From Ginkgo biloba (lineage: Eukaryota; Plantae; Ginkgophyta): a stretch of DNA of 45,692 bases. The stretch spans positions 68,454,600 through 68,500,291 of the forward strand of contig JANKJI020000004.1 of NCBI GenBank assembly GCA_024626585.2. The letters are read 5' to 3'. The position numbers and the translations under genes are program-made. This document shows, in pieces, positions 25,470-38,010 of the stretch. The notes under the pieces are model-generated. The model was not told the origin of the DNA, ran no database searches, and saw only the letters and a program-made list of their open reading frames with translations. Positions within the stretch are counted from its first letter, which is position 1; the number at the start of each line of letters is the position of its first letter.

Positions 25470-26608
25470 TCAAACTGGTGAAGTTTGACAGGTTGGATCT
25501 GATGAAGATGGCATATCTGGACCAACCCTGCAACCCTCAAGCAACAGCACAACTTCAGTCATTGAAGGTCTATCAAGAGGATCCAGAACAGTGCAAAGCA
25601 GGGCTACTTTAACAGCCAACAAGAACTCCTCCCACTCTGAGGACTCTGGATCAAGCTCCAAAAGGGCAGGATCAAACAGCTCGGATACCTGCCCTNNNNN
25701 NNNNNNNNNNNNNNCAATTGTCTCTTCACCCACTTCACAATATCTTCATTTTCTTCTCCATCTCGGATGAACACCACGGCCCTCCTACCTGTAAGAAGTT
25801 CTAACAATACAATCCCAAAGCTGTATACATCAGCCTCTTTTGTCACCTGCCCTGTCAGATTCACCTCAGGGGAAACATACCCAAAAGACCCAACAGCCTT
25901 GGAAGAAGAGGATGGATCAATGGACCTCACTGCTAGCCTTTCCAAACCAAAATCTGACAAATGGGCCTCAAAATCTGCATCAAACTGCACATTGCTAGGT
26001 TTCACATCTCCATGAACAATGGGAGAATTCATGTGGGTATGCAGGAATGCAAGCCCTCTAGCCAGGCCAAGAGCAATAAGGTGCCTCATTGGCCAGTTAA
26101 GTATGTGCCCATCTTGATGTGAGGCCTCTTGCAGAAGAGTAGCAAGGTTTCCATTAGGCATATAGTCATAAACCAATAGCCTAACATCATTACCCACATA
26201 ATACCCCCTCAACACTGTCAAATTCGGATGCTTGATCCTTCCAAGAGCTTCAGCTTCCTGCCTAAAAACACTTTCTTCCAAAAATGCCCCATCAGGCAAT
26301 CTCTTTATTGAAAGCACTGTTCCATCCTGAAAACAAGCCTTAAACAGAATCCCATACCTCGTTCTGCTGAGTACATGCTCTTCATCAAATTGTCCAGTGG
26401 CTTCCAATGTATTTGCATAAGTTATTGGACTGTAAAACATCACAAGATTTTTCTCTTGCTGTCCACCTTCCTCTTTGAGTGCTCTTCTCTTTCTCCCTCT
26501 CAGGCAAAAAATCAGCAGAACTAAAAGTATGAAGATAGAAACCGCACCGGCTGAGACTGCTATGGCAATGATAGCTGTCAAACTAAAGTTGCTGAAGTGT
26601 ATTGCCAT
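25470..26608 (-). CDS. Receptor-like kinase of the MUSTACHES/MUSTACHES-like (At1g75640/At4g36180) LRR-RLK clade; N-terminal TM plus kinase only, ~374 aa, coding region intronless
   Basis: TM AIIAIAVSAGAVSIFILLVLLIFCL followed by RGRKRR. Clade signatures EATGQFDEEHVLSRTRYG, LLQEASHQDGHILNWPMRHLIALG, FDADFEAHLSDFGL, LLELDPESSEWEEFLL and LEGCRVGPD. The two predicted ORFs join across a 19-N gap (25696-25714), where homology implies only ~5 nt (QR) are missing. Confidence 0.93.
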
Positions 26609-27750
26609 TGTTATCCTTAGAATCTGCGAAGAAGTTCGAAGTTCAAAGTTTCATTTTACTCTCCTAGAGGCCATGGAAATGGCCTATGAAAGATATATAT
26701 TCTCCAACGGCATAAACTGTTCCTCAGATATTCTAGACCTGCCTGGTTTGTGTCTGTAACTACATTTTCTCCTCACAGTGAGATGAAAATAGCAAATTAC
26801 TGTTATCAAACAGGGCTTTCTACAATACAGGGCATTCTACAAAGCCCACAATATCTAGAAACGAAACCTCAATAAGAAACACCTCGGACAGCCGTCCTTT
26901 GTTTACATGCACAATTGCATGGACCCAATAAATTTTAAAAGGCTAACAGTGTTGGGACTGAGACTGAGTATTATTATGTATGGATATTGTCATAGGTGGT
27001 GTGATGATTGCATAAATAATGGTAAGGACAAAAGGTTTTTAGCTTCTTTTTATATAGATCGCATGCATTTGTTTACATATGTTATGCACAGAAAAGTCAC
27101 AGATAGGCTTCGTATTATCATCAAATCCCTCTAATGTCAAAATATCCTATGCCCGATGCTGACTGTCTGAAAATGCCGCATTATATGCCCTGGTTAATGC
27201 ACCATCATTTCAACTAGTACCAAGATTGTGATATACGCATATTTTCTTTTTTTTACTTCTACTACTAATGCTAACCTTATTTTTTGCCCAATTTTTTATT
27301 GTGTTGAGTTAGATGTTGTTTATACGTGTGAATACCAAATGATTTCATCGATTTGATATGTTGGAGACTTGTGCAACACGTCTGCAAATAATTATCACGT
27401 CACAACCTGAGCCACTGACTTGCCTCCATTCCGCTTTGAAATTTTTACATAGTGATTTGGCATTTTGGAGCGTTTACCTTATAGCAGCTGTCACTTGCAC
27501 ATCTATTTACAGAGAAACTGTGAAGGGGCAACTCCAACTATGGCAGATTTATGAGATGAATCAATGCCGCAATGCTGTGATGCTACCATTCTCTTTTTGA
27601 AGCCACTCGCCATCTTCTGGGGGCGAGCAGAGTAGAGCAATGTCCCCTCGGGCCTTTGTTTATTCGCATCCCTCGGGGTCGTGTTCATCCACAGCAGAGA
27701 AAATCAAAGCCAGCAAACGCGCGTTCAAAACATAAAAGCTATAGTATTTC
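26609..27750 (-). promoter_or_regulatory. Putative promoter and intron-containing 5' leader of the kinase gene
   Basis: CpG-retaining segment at ~27560-27725. Minus-strand donor AAG|GTAAAC (27477). Candidate 115-nt intron 26738-26624 (CAG|GTCTAG...TTCTTCGCAG|). uORF 27688-27503. Prediction only. Confidence 0.4.
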
Positions 27751-27870
27751 AAATTAAAAATGAAAATTTGAGTTTAGTTTAGGGTTATGTTATATCAAAT
27801 TAAAAATTGAAATTTGACTTTTACTTTAAAGTCATGGTACTTCAAATTAAAATTAAATCTAGAGTTTGAG
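27749..27870. repeat. ~46-47-bp tandem repeat, ~2.5 copies
   Basis: TCAAATTAAAA recurs at 27749, 27795 and 27842, and the first two copies continue AAATTTGA.TTT. Confidence 0.7.
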
Positions 27871-29877
27871 GTATAGCCTAAAGTTTATCTTTCTTGATAG
27901 GTTTTTATCGTTTTAATGTTTGTTTTGACCTCAGGTGTGGCATGAAGGAAGACCGACGNNNNNNNNNNNNNNNNNNNNNNNNNNNNNNNNNNNNNNNNNN
28001 NNNNNNNNNNNNNNNNNNNNNNNNNNNNNNNNNNNNNNNNNNNNNNNNNNNNNNNNNNNNNNNNNNNNNNNNNNNNNNNNNNNNNNNNNNNNNNNNNNNN
28101 NNNNNNNNNNNNNNNNNNNNNNNNNNNNNNNNNNNNNNNNNNNNNNNNNNNNNNNNNNNNNNNNNNNNNNNNNNNNNNNNNNNNNNNNNNNNNNNNNNNN
28201 NNNNNNNNNNNNNNNNNNNNNNNNNNNNNNNNNNNNNNNNNNNNNNNNNNNNNNNNNNNNNNNNNNNNNNNNNNNNNNNNNNNNNNNNNNNNNNNNNNNN
28301 NNNNNNNNNNNNNNNNNNNNNNNNNNNNNNNNNNNNNNNNNNNNNNNNNNNNNNNNNNNNNNNNNNNNNNNNNNNNNNNNNNNNNNNNNNNNNNNNNNNN
28401 NNNNNNNNNNNNNNNNNNNNNNNNNNNNNNNNNNNNNNNNNNNNNNNNNNNNNNNNNNNNNNNNNNNNNNNNNNNNNNNNNNNNNNNNNNNNNNNNNNNN
28501 NNNNNNNNNNNNNNNNNNNNNNNNNNNNNNNNNNNNNNNNNNNNNNNNNNNNNNNNNNNNNNNNNNNNNNNNNNNNNNNNNNNNNNNNNNNNNNNNNNNN
28601 NNNNNNNNNNNNNNNNNNNNNNNNNNNNNNNNNNNNNNNNNNNNNNNNNNNNNNNNNNNNNNNNNNNNNNNNNNNNNNNNNNNNNNNNNNNNNNNNNNNN
28701 NNNNNNNNNNNNNNNNNNNNNNNNNNNNNNNNNNNNNNNNNNNNNNNNNNNAACATTTAAAAGGTTTGTCATGAAATTGATTGTCACCTATTCTTCTCTT
28801 TTGGCTAGAATGCCTTCCAACCATGCAAGATCCTCCATCGTTTTTGTAGCTTTTCTTTGGCATTCCCTTATATCTTTAGTTATCAACCCACATGGAAAAG
28901 TGTCACTTTTCTCTAGCTCATATGACTTTGAATTTAGCTCTATTATAGCCATTGTCCTTCTAGGTTGCTCTTCCTATTCTTCTTCTTCCCTAATCCATAT
29001 TGTTCCTTACCTAGGAATTTGTTATTCCTTGATTAATTCTTCCCATCTAGTTTTGTCAAGATCCTCCTAATAGGGTCCCTATCTTTTCTCCTAATCTAAA
29101 GTTAAGTCTCCTTCAAATATTTGAATATCATCTTCCTCACTAATATCACTATCTCTACCTTGACAGGGTTTTCCACGCCACTTCCACCTCTCTTATCACC
29201 TTGTAAATGGATCGATGTACTTTGTAATAGATAATGTCTCCTCCCTATCTAGATCTAACATTGCATAGACTTTCTACAAAATAGATCTACACCTAGCTTA
29301 AACCTAGATGCTAGTAAACCTATTAGTGTTGTTAAAGACTTTATCACATATGTCTTTCCACAAAGCCCAAACAACTTCCACTCTTAATCTCTCCTAAAGT
29401 GAACAAAAATCTTCTTTTACAAGAACTACTAACACTTCTATCAATCCAAATCCCTCTCTATAAAAAACTTCAAAACCAACTAAATATGCCTTATACTTTT
29501 TGACATTCCCATATGTTGCATACTTAGTTCGATACACCCACGTGCACCAAATTATATTTATTCACATATATTTGAAACATGACCATGTTTCTTTAACAAC
29601 TTTTTGGGGACGAACTTTTGATGACATATTAGCCACATGTGAAATCTCTTTTTTTTTGTTCTATTTTTCCTATCCAAATTCCAGACAAGATTTATTTTAA
29701 TGTTTTATTATCTAACCTCTAATATCATCTTTATTGAGCCTTGTTCAAAAGGCTTCTTGTTTAAATCCAACACCAATNNNNNNNNNNNNNNNNNNNNNNN
29801 NNNNNNNNNNNNNNNNNNNNNNNNNNNNNNNNNNNNNNNNNNNNNNNNNNNNNNNNNNNNNNNNNNNNNNNNNNNNN

Positions 29878-30750
29878 TAGATGTGTGTTGACTACAAGGA
29901 ACTAAACAACATCATCATCAAAAATAAATTTCTAATTCTAGTGATCGATGAGTTATTAGATGAGCTCCATGGGGCCACTCTACTCTTGCCTGGACCTGAG
30001 ATCAGGATATCACCAGATAAGGATTAGAATAGAGGACACATAAGACGACATTCAGAAGACATGACGGGCATTATGAGTTTTTGGTCATGTCCTTTGGCCT
30101 TATGAATGATCCAAACACCTTCCAAGAATTAATGAACAAGGTATTCAAGACTTGCCTACAAAAGTTTGTATTAGTCTTCTTTGATGATATTATGGTTTAT
30201 AGCATAAGATGGCAAGACCATAACCATAATGTAAATACGGTATTATAGATTTTGGAGGATAAGAAATTATTTAAAAAAAGGTCAAAATGCAACTTTAGTA
30301 AACCAAAAGTAGAATATATAGGGCATATCATCTCTATAGAATGAGTCTGGGAAGACCTGAAGAAGATTCAAGAAATTAAAGATTGGATAATAGCCAAAAA
30401 TATCAATGGCCTTAGGGGAATCCTAAGAATCACAGGGTACTATAGGAAGTTTTCCCAAGGTTTTGATCCCATAGCCTCTCCTCTAACCCATCTTCTCAAA
30501 AAGGATGCTTTTCAGTGGAACAAAAAGGCAAGCAAAGCCTTTTCAGTGGAACGAAGAGGCAAGCAAAGCCTTCATCTTGCTCAAACAGACAATGACAATC
30601 ACATCGGTCCTGGCTACACCGAATTTTTCCAAAACATTCATAATAGAATGTGACGCCTACGGACAAGGCATAGGAGTTGTACTAATGCAGGAAGGAAGGT
30701 CGATGGCATATGAAAGTTGAAAGTTAAGAAAAATATACTTAAACAAAATA
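29878..30750 (+). mobile_element. Degenerate chromovirus-type Ty3/gypsy RT-RNaseH
   Basis: MCVDYKELNNIIIKNKFLILVIDELLDELHG, DLRSGYHQIR, GHYEFLVMSFGL, FFDDIMVYS and FIIECDAYGQGIGVVLMQEGR. Confidence 0.93.
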
Positions 30751-30769
30751 GACCCCTGTACATGAATAT

Positions 30770-33495
30770 GTTCACGAATGAAGAGCAATAATTGCATACT
30801 TATCTATTTCTAGTATTTATTACCTAATATGAATCCCTATAAGATATTAATTTGCATTAAATATTTCTATGTTTCTTATCCTTAAATTGACTTGACTTTA
30901 CATTTAGTCTCTAGTTCTCTTCCATGGCTAATTATAATTTTCATCCCTATTCCTTCTAACTCTTTACTTAAGAAGCAAGTGTTCTAGTTAATTAGATAAA
31001 TTTTATTTTCTCCTTCACCATTATACCATAGAAATTCTTTCATTATATTCTTTATTTGCATTAGATGTTTATCCCTCAAACTTTGGCATGAAGAGTAATA
31101 ACTATGCCATGCAATTAAAAATTTAGAATTTAAACCTCACATTGTCATGCTAATGATAACAATCTATTTTTCCATTTACTACTTATTTTGAAGTTAGTTT
31201 ACTAATTACCCAATCCCACATCCAAGTAAGACTTAGCTTTTCTCCATATAGAATGTTAAGTAGTCTTGTTATCTCTCCCTTACAAACCCACCTTCAACCA
31301 ATGTTATCTTTCCAATTGCTTGGGAGTTTATCTTCTATATCAAAATCATTTTTCTTTTTATGCTTTAATTTACTACCTGAAGCTTCACAAAAAAATATAA
31401 AATCTCCTTATTGCTTCATTAATTTCAATTTCTTCCAACTATAATAGCAAAGTTGTATGATCTACAAAGTGAGAATTAATTATTCTCTCCTTATATAGAA
31501 ACTATAGTCCTTTAATATTCACTCATCCTTCTACTTTAAAAAGATATGCTATTGCTCTTGCAACTATTACAAATAGATTAGGTGCTAAAGTACATCCATG
31601 TTTTATTGATCTTTATACCCAAATTTTATTTGATGTTTCTTTATTAGCATAAATGATTGCATTGTTGAAGAAAAACGAGATGCTAGAACCTAGTGATGCC
31701 ACCATTATTTGTACAAAATTCTTCTTTACTCTGTCATAATCTTTTTTTAAATATATTAAAAGGACTATTATTCTTTGATTAACTCTTTTAGTCTAGTCCA
31801 TTCCTTCCTATATTGTTCGCAAGTTCTCTAAAATGTATCTTCCTTTCACAAATCTAGTCTGATCCTTACAAATAGTTATAGGTAGAAAATTTTAAATTTG
31901 TCTTGNNNNNNNNNNNNNNNNNNNNNNNNNNNNNNNNNNNNNNNNNNNNNNNNNNNNNNNNNNNNNNNNNNNNNNNNNNNNNNNNNNNNNNNNNNNNNNN
32001 NNNNNNNNNNNNNNNNNNNNNNNNNNNNNNNNNNNNNNNNNNNNNNNNNNNNNNNNNNNNNNNNNNNNNNNNNNNNNNNNNNNNNNNNNNNNNNNNNNNN
32101 NNNNNNNNNNNNNNNNNNNNNNNNNNNNNNNNNNNNNNNNNNNNNNNNNNNNNNNNNNNNNNNNNNNNNNNNNNNNNNNNNNNNNNNNNNNNNNNNNNNN
32201 NNNNNNNNNNNNNNNNNNNNNNNNNNNNNNNNNNNNNNNNNNNNNNNNNNNNNNNNNNNNNNNNNNNNNNNNNNNNNNNNNNNNNNNNNNNNNNNNNNNN
32301 NNNNNNNNNNNNNNNNNNNNNNNNNNNNNNNNNNNNNNNNNNNNNNNNNNNNNNNNNNNNNNNNNNNNNNNNNNNNNNNNNNNNNNNNNNNNNNNNNNNN
32401 NNNNNNNNNNNNNNNNNNNNNNNNNNNNNNNNNNNNNNNNNNNNNNNNNNNNNNNNNNNNNNNNNNNNNNNNNNNNNNNNNNNNNNNNNNNNNNNNNNNN
32501 NNNNNNNNNNNNNNNNNNNNNNNNNNNNNNNNNNNNNNNNNNNNNNNNNNNNNNNNNNNNNNNNNNNNNNNNTCTACTCTGTCCTTTCTTTATTTTCTTA
32601 GGGATATTATTTGCCACATTAAATTTCTTAAGAAGGATATAATTCTTTTTATGGTTTGGTCCCACCATACAATCCACCCTTTTTCTTTACTAGGTTTTGG
32701 AATAAATTCTACATTCTAGCAATCCCTTCTTTACATGCTACTGATTTCACTAAAGAGACATTTAATTTAAACAAAATTATTTTCATTTCTAAGTCATTGC
32801 TACCATGCTAGTGGTTTATTACATTGGTTGAAGGAATAATTAAGACTAGTACCAAAAATTACATAATAACACCTCCATTAGTTTGGATATGGCATCTATC
32901 CAATATTTCTAATACTCTTTTCTTTCCAAGTTACTCCATGAGAACTATGATAGGTTCTCACCTCTTTCTACCTTTCACATCGGATCTCTTACTACAAATT
33001 TTAGTTTATAATTAATCCATACAAACTTTTATCTTGAATTATAGACTAATTTATTTTCAACCTTGTTATCATTTTGATTCTTAATCATATCAAACTCTCC
33101 TATCAATATCTAATGGATTTCTTCGAATAATTATACTAACTAGTTACAAAGGTTTATTCTATATTCTGAATCATTTAGGTCATATACAACTACAACTCCA
33201 AGATCCTTTCTTCTTTTAAAATAATTATTCATAATAGTCTATTTCATGGCGTTATCCCTTTTCTCATAATATTTACTTCTAATATTAGATTAACTGATAT
33301 GATTGAACCTCCTCTTCCTTTCATATGATTTGGAGAATTCTGGTCTACATTTCTCTCTATATAATCTAATGCTTTCACCATAATAGTCTAAATGACTTTA
33401 ACTTATTGAATACATAGGATATTAGGTTTTTGGATGGTCCTAAGTCTTTGAACCATTACCCTTCAAAACCCCTAGTATTCCATGAAATAATTTAT
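30770..33495 (-). mobile_element. Heavily decayed LINE (L1-like) ORF2
   Basis: Minus strand from ~33492 reads IISWNTRG...KPNILCIQ*VK and later ILIGEFD, matching AP-endonuclease motifs SWNxRG, IQETK and GDFN. Only weak RT traces toward 31000-31800, so the left boundary is uncertain. Confidence 0.6.
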
Positions 33496-33962
33496 ATTAT
33501 AGATTATGTAAATGTTTATTTTTAGGGTTAAGAAAATAAATAAATACAAAATGAATTATGTTATCTTCGATGTTTAAATTCCTTCGTTAAGGTTTTCTCC
33601 ATAAAATGTAGATCCTTCTTAATAACTACTAGGCTTGTGTAAAGAAATGTATGAACATCATTAAGTTTAGGTAACAACTTCTTAGTATCCAAAGAAGTTA
33701 GCATAAGAGTATCCTTAGAGATTCTTACTTGTTTTTATTTATTTTATAATTTGGTTAATTCTTCTATGTCTCTTATTTATCCTATCCCTTAATTTTCCCA
33801 TTGTTAGAATTTTTAGTTTCTTTTTCTTTCTTTTAATTATTGATCTTTATCTATTATTTTTTNNNNNNNNNNNNNNNNNNNNNNNNNNNNNNNNNNNNNN
33901 NNNNNNNNNNNNNNNNNNNNNNNNNNNNNNNNNNNNNNNNNNNNNNNNNNNNNNNNNNNNNN

Positions 33963-36424
33963 CCATTATAAAATAAAAATAATACGATAAGAATAGGTGT
34001 TGATTTTATAAGTTTTAGAATGTAATAAATAGGGGTTCATTTCCACCACTATTTACAAGAAGTTTTAGAAAAAGTGTATCTACAAGAGAATTTAACTTTT
34101 ATAAATGGATTTTAAGAATAAATCCAAGTCAAAATTAGGGATAAAAAATAACTAAGAATAGAAGTTGCTATAAAATATGATATTTTACATACAATGCCAT
34201 GCTATTTGTATGAACAAAGTACTTATAATATTTATTTACATTGTTATGGATGTATCTAAGGACTTTACTCTAAGTTTTTAAAGAGTTATTTAGATTAATA
34301 ATCAATTTATGGGTTCCTTTAGGATCATATGAAGCATATTTATATTATGTTATGTAAATATATGTATGAAGGAATTATCTCCAAATATAAGAAAATGTGA
34401 CTTATTAAATCCACCTAATTAGTTGTTAGGCCATATTGTATCCAAGAAAGAGTTGATAGTATATCCTCCAAATATAAAGGTGCATTTTGAATTCAAATTA
34501 CAAGTGTATCCATCCCAAGTAAGGAGATGTTTAGGTCCTAATCTACTTAAGAAATATTATATGAAGATGTAGGAATTATAATATCCATAAATGGATTTTT
34601 TAGGAGGAGTATATCTTTCATATGGTTAAGGTAATATCAAAATTAATTTGATATTAATGTGGCGGAAGCTCATATCCTTAAAATTTTATAATGAAACTAT
34701 TTTTCATAACTTTATGAGTGCATCAAATTCAACCATTAGAGTTATTATAAATTAACTAAGGGAAGGAATATTTTTCACTCTTGTGATATATTATACAAGT
34801 ATAAGTTAATAAGTTTTAAATAAAATTATATAACAATATAATAGAGTTATTAGGAATTATTTATATTTTATTAAGTTCATGCACTATTTGTTGGAAAATG
34901 CATTTTATATTTTTGTTAATCACAAAGATTCAAAATATAAAAAATAATAATGATTTACAACATAAATTAAGAATATGTATATGGGGCATGTTGAATATGT
35001 CACTTTATTCATATGTATATGTATTGTATAGTTGAACTTGGTGAATAACACACCATCCTATCATATGTACATAGTTATGATTTTATATCTCTATAATTAT
35101 ATTCAAAATAAAACCTAAGTTATAATAGTCTAGGAGCATGAGTTTAAATTGTTATAAACAAAAAAATTGTTCATTAGGAATTAACCATTTTTCAAGAATG
35201 AAAATAAGAGATTCAAATAGTGATGTATACAATGAGATCCCTTACATTAACTTGTTTAGAGATTAATCAATCCTAGTGTACTTGGTAAGACTATACTATT
35301 TATACAAAATCATATTAGTCCTCATGAACATATTACTTAAATAAAGATTACATTCTTAATTTATTAATGAAAAAATTTATAAGTATGGTTCAAATCATAT
35401 TAAGTAATAGTATATGTACATGTGTCAAAATATACTATAGCAATAAAATCTTTATTGGATAGAGTGTATTAGCGAATGATAAATAAATATATACGTAAAT
35501 GAATAAGTGCATGTGATGTTTACCAAATATTAAGAAGACTTAGTAATATAAATCCCCTTCCTTTTCACCTAGTATTATCCTTAATAACATTTTATAAGTG
35601 GGGAAGAGAATTTGTAATAACTATTTAGATAATTTGACTCAAGCAAGATACATAATTTTATCAATAAACTATATGATAAATTAGATAAAGGATAGATAAA
35701 TGAACATGAACTACTAGAAAGTTCTTCTTTGAATGTATATTGATGATAATTACATGTATAATAGAGCTAGTAAGTGGNNNNNNNNNNNNNNTCTTATTTT
35801 ATTAATCAAGTGATAGAAAACTTGATAGAATTAATTTTTGGATACAACACATGAAAAGTTTCTTACATGATAATTTGTAAATATTTGAATAAATACTATA
35901 AGGTAAAAAGAAGAGATTGAATAGATAATTTGTGACTAATTTTATACAAATTTAAAACCATATTCAAGGTATCTACATAGCATGCATCATTTTAATTACC
36001 ATGTGGATATGTTATAATTCCAATAGAATACAAGATACCATCCTTAATAATAAGAATTTAATTAGATGTTAAAAATCACTCAAAGAGAGACTAAACAAAG
36101 TTTTTTAGTTAGAATAAGATAGATTTCTAGTATAATGGAAATAATCACTTTTTGAAGTGAAAGAACAACATGAAATAAAATTCAAGGGTATATAATTCAT
36201 ATAAGATTATATAATTTTATTATATGAGAAGAAATTTAAATAGAAATATAAATATAAATATTAAAAAGAAGGTTGGTAAGACTATACTATGCAAGATTTG
36301 CATGAAAATGGATTTTCATAAATTATACACCTAATGATCAATTTATTCTAGGCTAACTCAATGGATCCATTCAAATATTTTCTATAGTTTATTTTAAAAT
36401 TATAAAGGTATACAAAGAAAATAA
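33963..36424 (+). mobile_element. Extremely AT-drifted Ty3/gypsy pol (RT-RNaseH-integrase)
   Basis: Residual motifs in the right order: LLGHIVSKKELIVYP (~34425), HYLLENAFYIFVNHKD (~34885) and FYKWGREFV (~35590). Confidence 0.7.
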
Positions 36425-36582
36425 NNNNNNNNNNNNNNNNNNNNNNNNNNNNNNNNNNNNNNNNNNNNNNNNNNNNNNNNNNNNNNNNNNNNNNNNNNNN
36501 NNNNNNNNNNNNNNNNNNNNNNNNTCACACTCTCGTGCTCTTTCCTTCGATTCTTGGTGCTTACATCAAATTATAATTGGCA

Positions 36583-36808
36583 TAGTGGCTTTATCCTCCC
36601 ATTTCCTTTTGAGTGGATTTTTCCTCCTCTTTATCTAAGTGGATGTATCCTCCTCTTTTACTTGAGTGGCTCAGTCCTGCTCTTTTACTTCGAGTGGCTA
36701 TGTGTCCTCCTCTTTGGATTGAGTGGCTATGTGTCCTCCTCTTTTTATTCGAGTGGCTTTATCCTCCTCTTTGCTTGAGTGGCTTTTTCCTCCTCTTTTT
36801 CTTGAGTG
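36583..36808. repeat. Minisatellite, 8 units of 26-30 bp, consensus ~GAGTGGCT(T/A)T(A/G)TCCTCCTCTTT(N)TT
   Basis: AGTG anchors at 36584, 36612, 36638, 36665, 36693, 36722, 36752, 36778 and 36805. Confidence 0.9.
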
Positions 36809-36959
36809 AGTGACCCTCTCTTCGATATCGTCTCCTCTTCTACACTCTATGGCTATGCCTCCTTGGATACTCTCTATGGTTGTGCCCTTTTTTTTTTCTT
36901 TCCTCATGGTTGTGCATTCTTAGCTTGGAGTTCTATATTCCTTTAGTCCCATTCAATTT

Positions 36960-38010
36960 TGGTAACTAATCTAGGAAGTTTAACCATTTTGGAAAAACTA
37001 TTGTATTTTTCCCTTTTTCCTCACTTTAATTTTTTTATTCCTGGAAATCCCAAAATTATGTTGGAATCACTTTCAGGTCCATTAAATCAGAGGTTTGGAA
37101 AAGTGATGGGCGCAAGTCACTTCAGAATCATGATATCTCTATCTATCTTGATTTTGAAATTTATTTTANNNNNNNNNNNNNNNNNNNNNNGTAGAACTAA
37201 AATATTCAATAAACTATAATATATAAATTTTTAGGTCCACGAGCGTCAAGTGGGGTGCGCCTTCACTCGGGTGGGCGAAGTTATATACTATAATCTTAAC
37301 TATATAACTTAAAATTTTAAACTTAAAAGTTAAAAGGATTACCCCCATTTCAAGATGTTTGATGAGGGTCTTAGAAGCTCCTGGAAGCTAATAAATAAGT
37401 TGGACTTCAGATAATCTTAGATTTCTAGCCTTAGTAGCAAGTTACTATTTTTTATGCAGTTACAACTTTAATCATAAATTTTGATCCATAGCTCTATTTT
37501 ATGTCCTGTTAGGATCGATTTAAAGCTTGTTGGAAATTATACAACTTTCTCTTATGTACATTTTACCTAATTCTACTTAGATATTTTGGAATTTTATCCT
37601 TAAGTTGGCCTTTTAATAAAGAGGTTTTGACACTAGGGTCGTAGATCTAAATTGAAGCGTAACTTTTAAACCACAACTCCATTTTCTATGCTATTAATTT
37701 TCTTGTAAAACTCTATAATTTGTTACTTGGGGCCTTTTGCTTCAAACTAATAATATTTTTCTAAACTTAGAGTGCAATTTGGGACATATCGACTTTTGGA
37801 TCCGAAAAATAAATCACCTTTTTTATATTTTGGACTCAAGTGAGGCTCTTTGTGATTTCTTAGGCTTAAGTGAACCCCAATGTGATTTTTTCATTCTATA
37901 TTATGATATTATGGGTTTGTGGCATGGATATTGGTTATGTTGTGTATATATATCATATATTATATTTTGGTAGTGGAACCCATTAGGGTCACTACAAGTG
38001 GTATTAGAGA
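36960..38010 (+). mobile_element. 3' part of a 5' LTR with degenerate tRNA-Met PBS
   Basis: ...GGGTCACTACA (LTR end, 37996), then AG, then TGGTATTAGAGA (variant of TGGTATCAGAGC). LTR start not defined. Confidence 0.65.

Noticed and set aside
25696-25714. Apparent frameshift splitting the kinase into two ORFs
   Set aside because: It coincides with a 19-N gap. Homology implies ~5 missing bases, which restores the frame, so this is not evidence of a pseudogene.
36554-36907. Repetitive hydrophobic ORFs and a CRISPR-like appearance
   Set aside because: These are translations of a minisatellite. There are no unique spacers or cas genes, and the context is eukaryotic.
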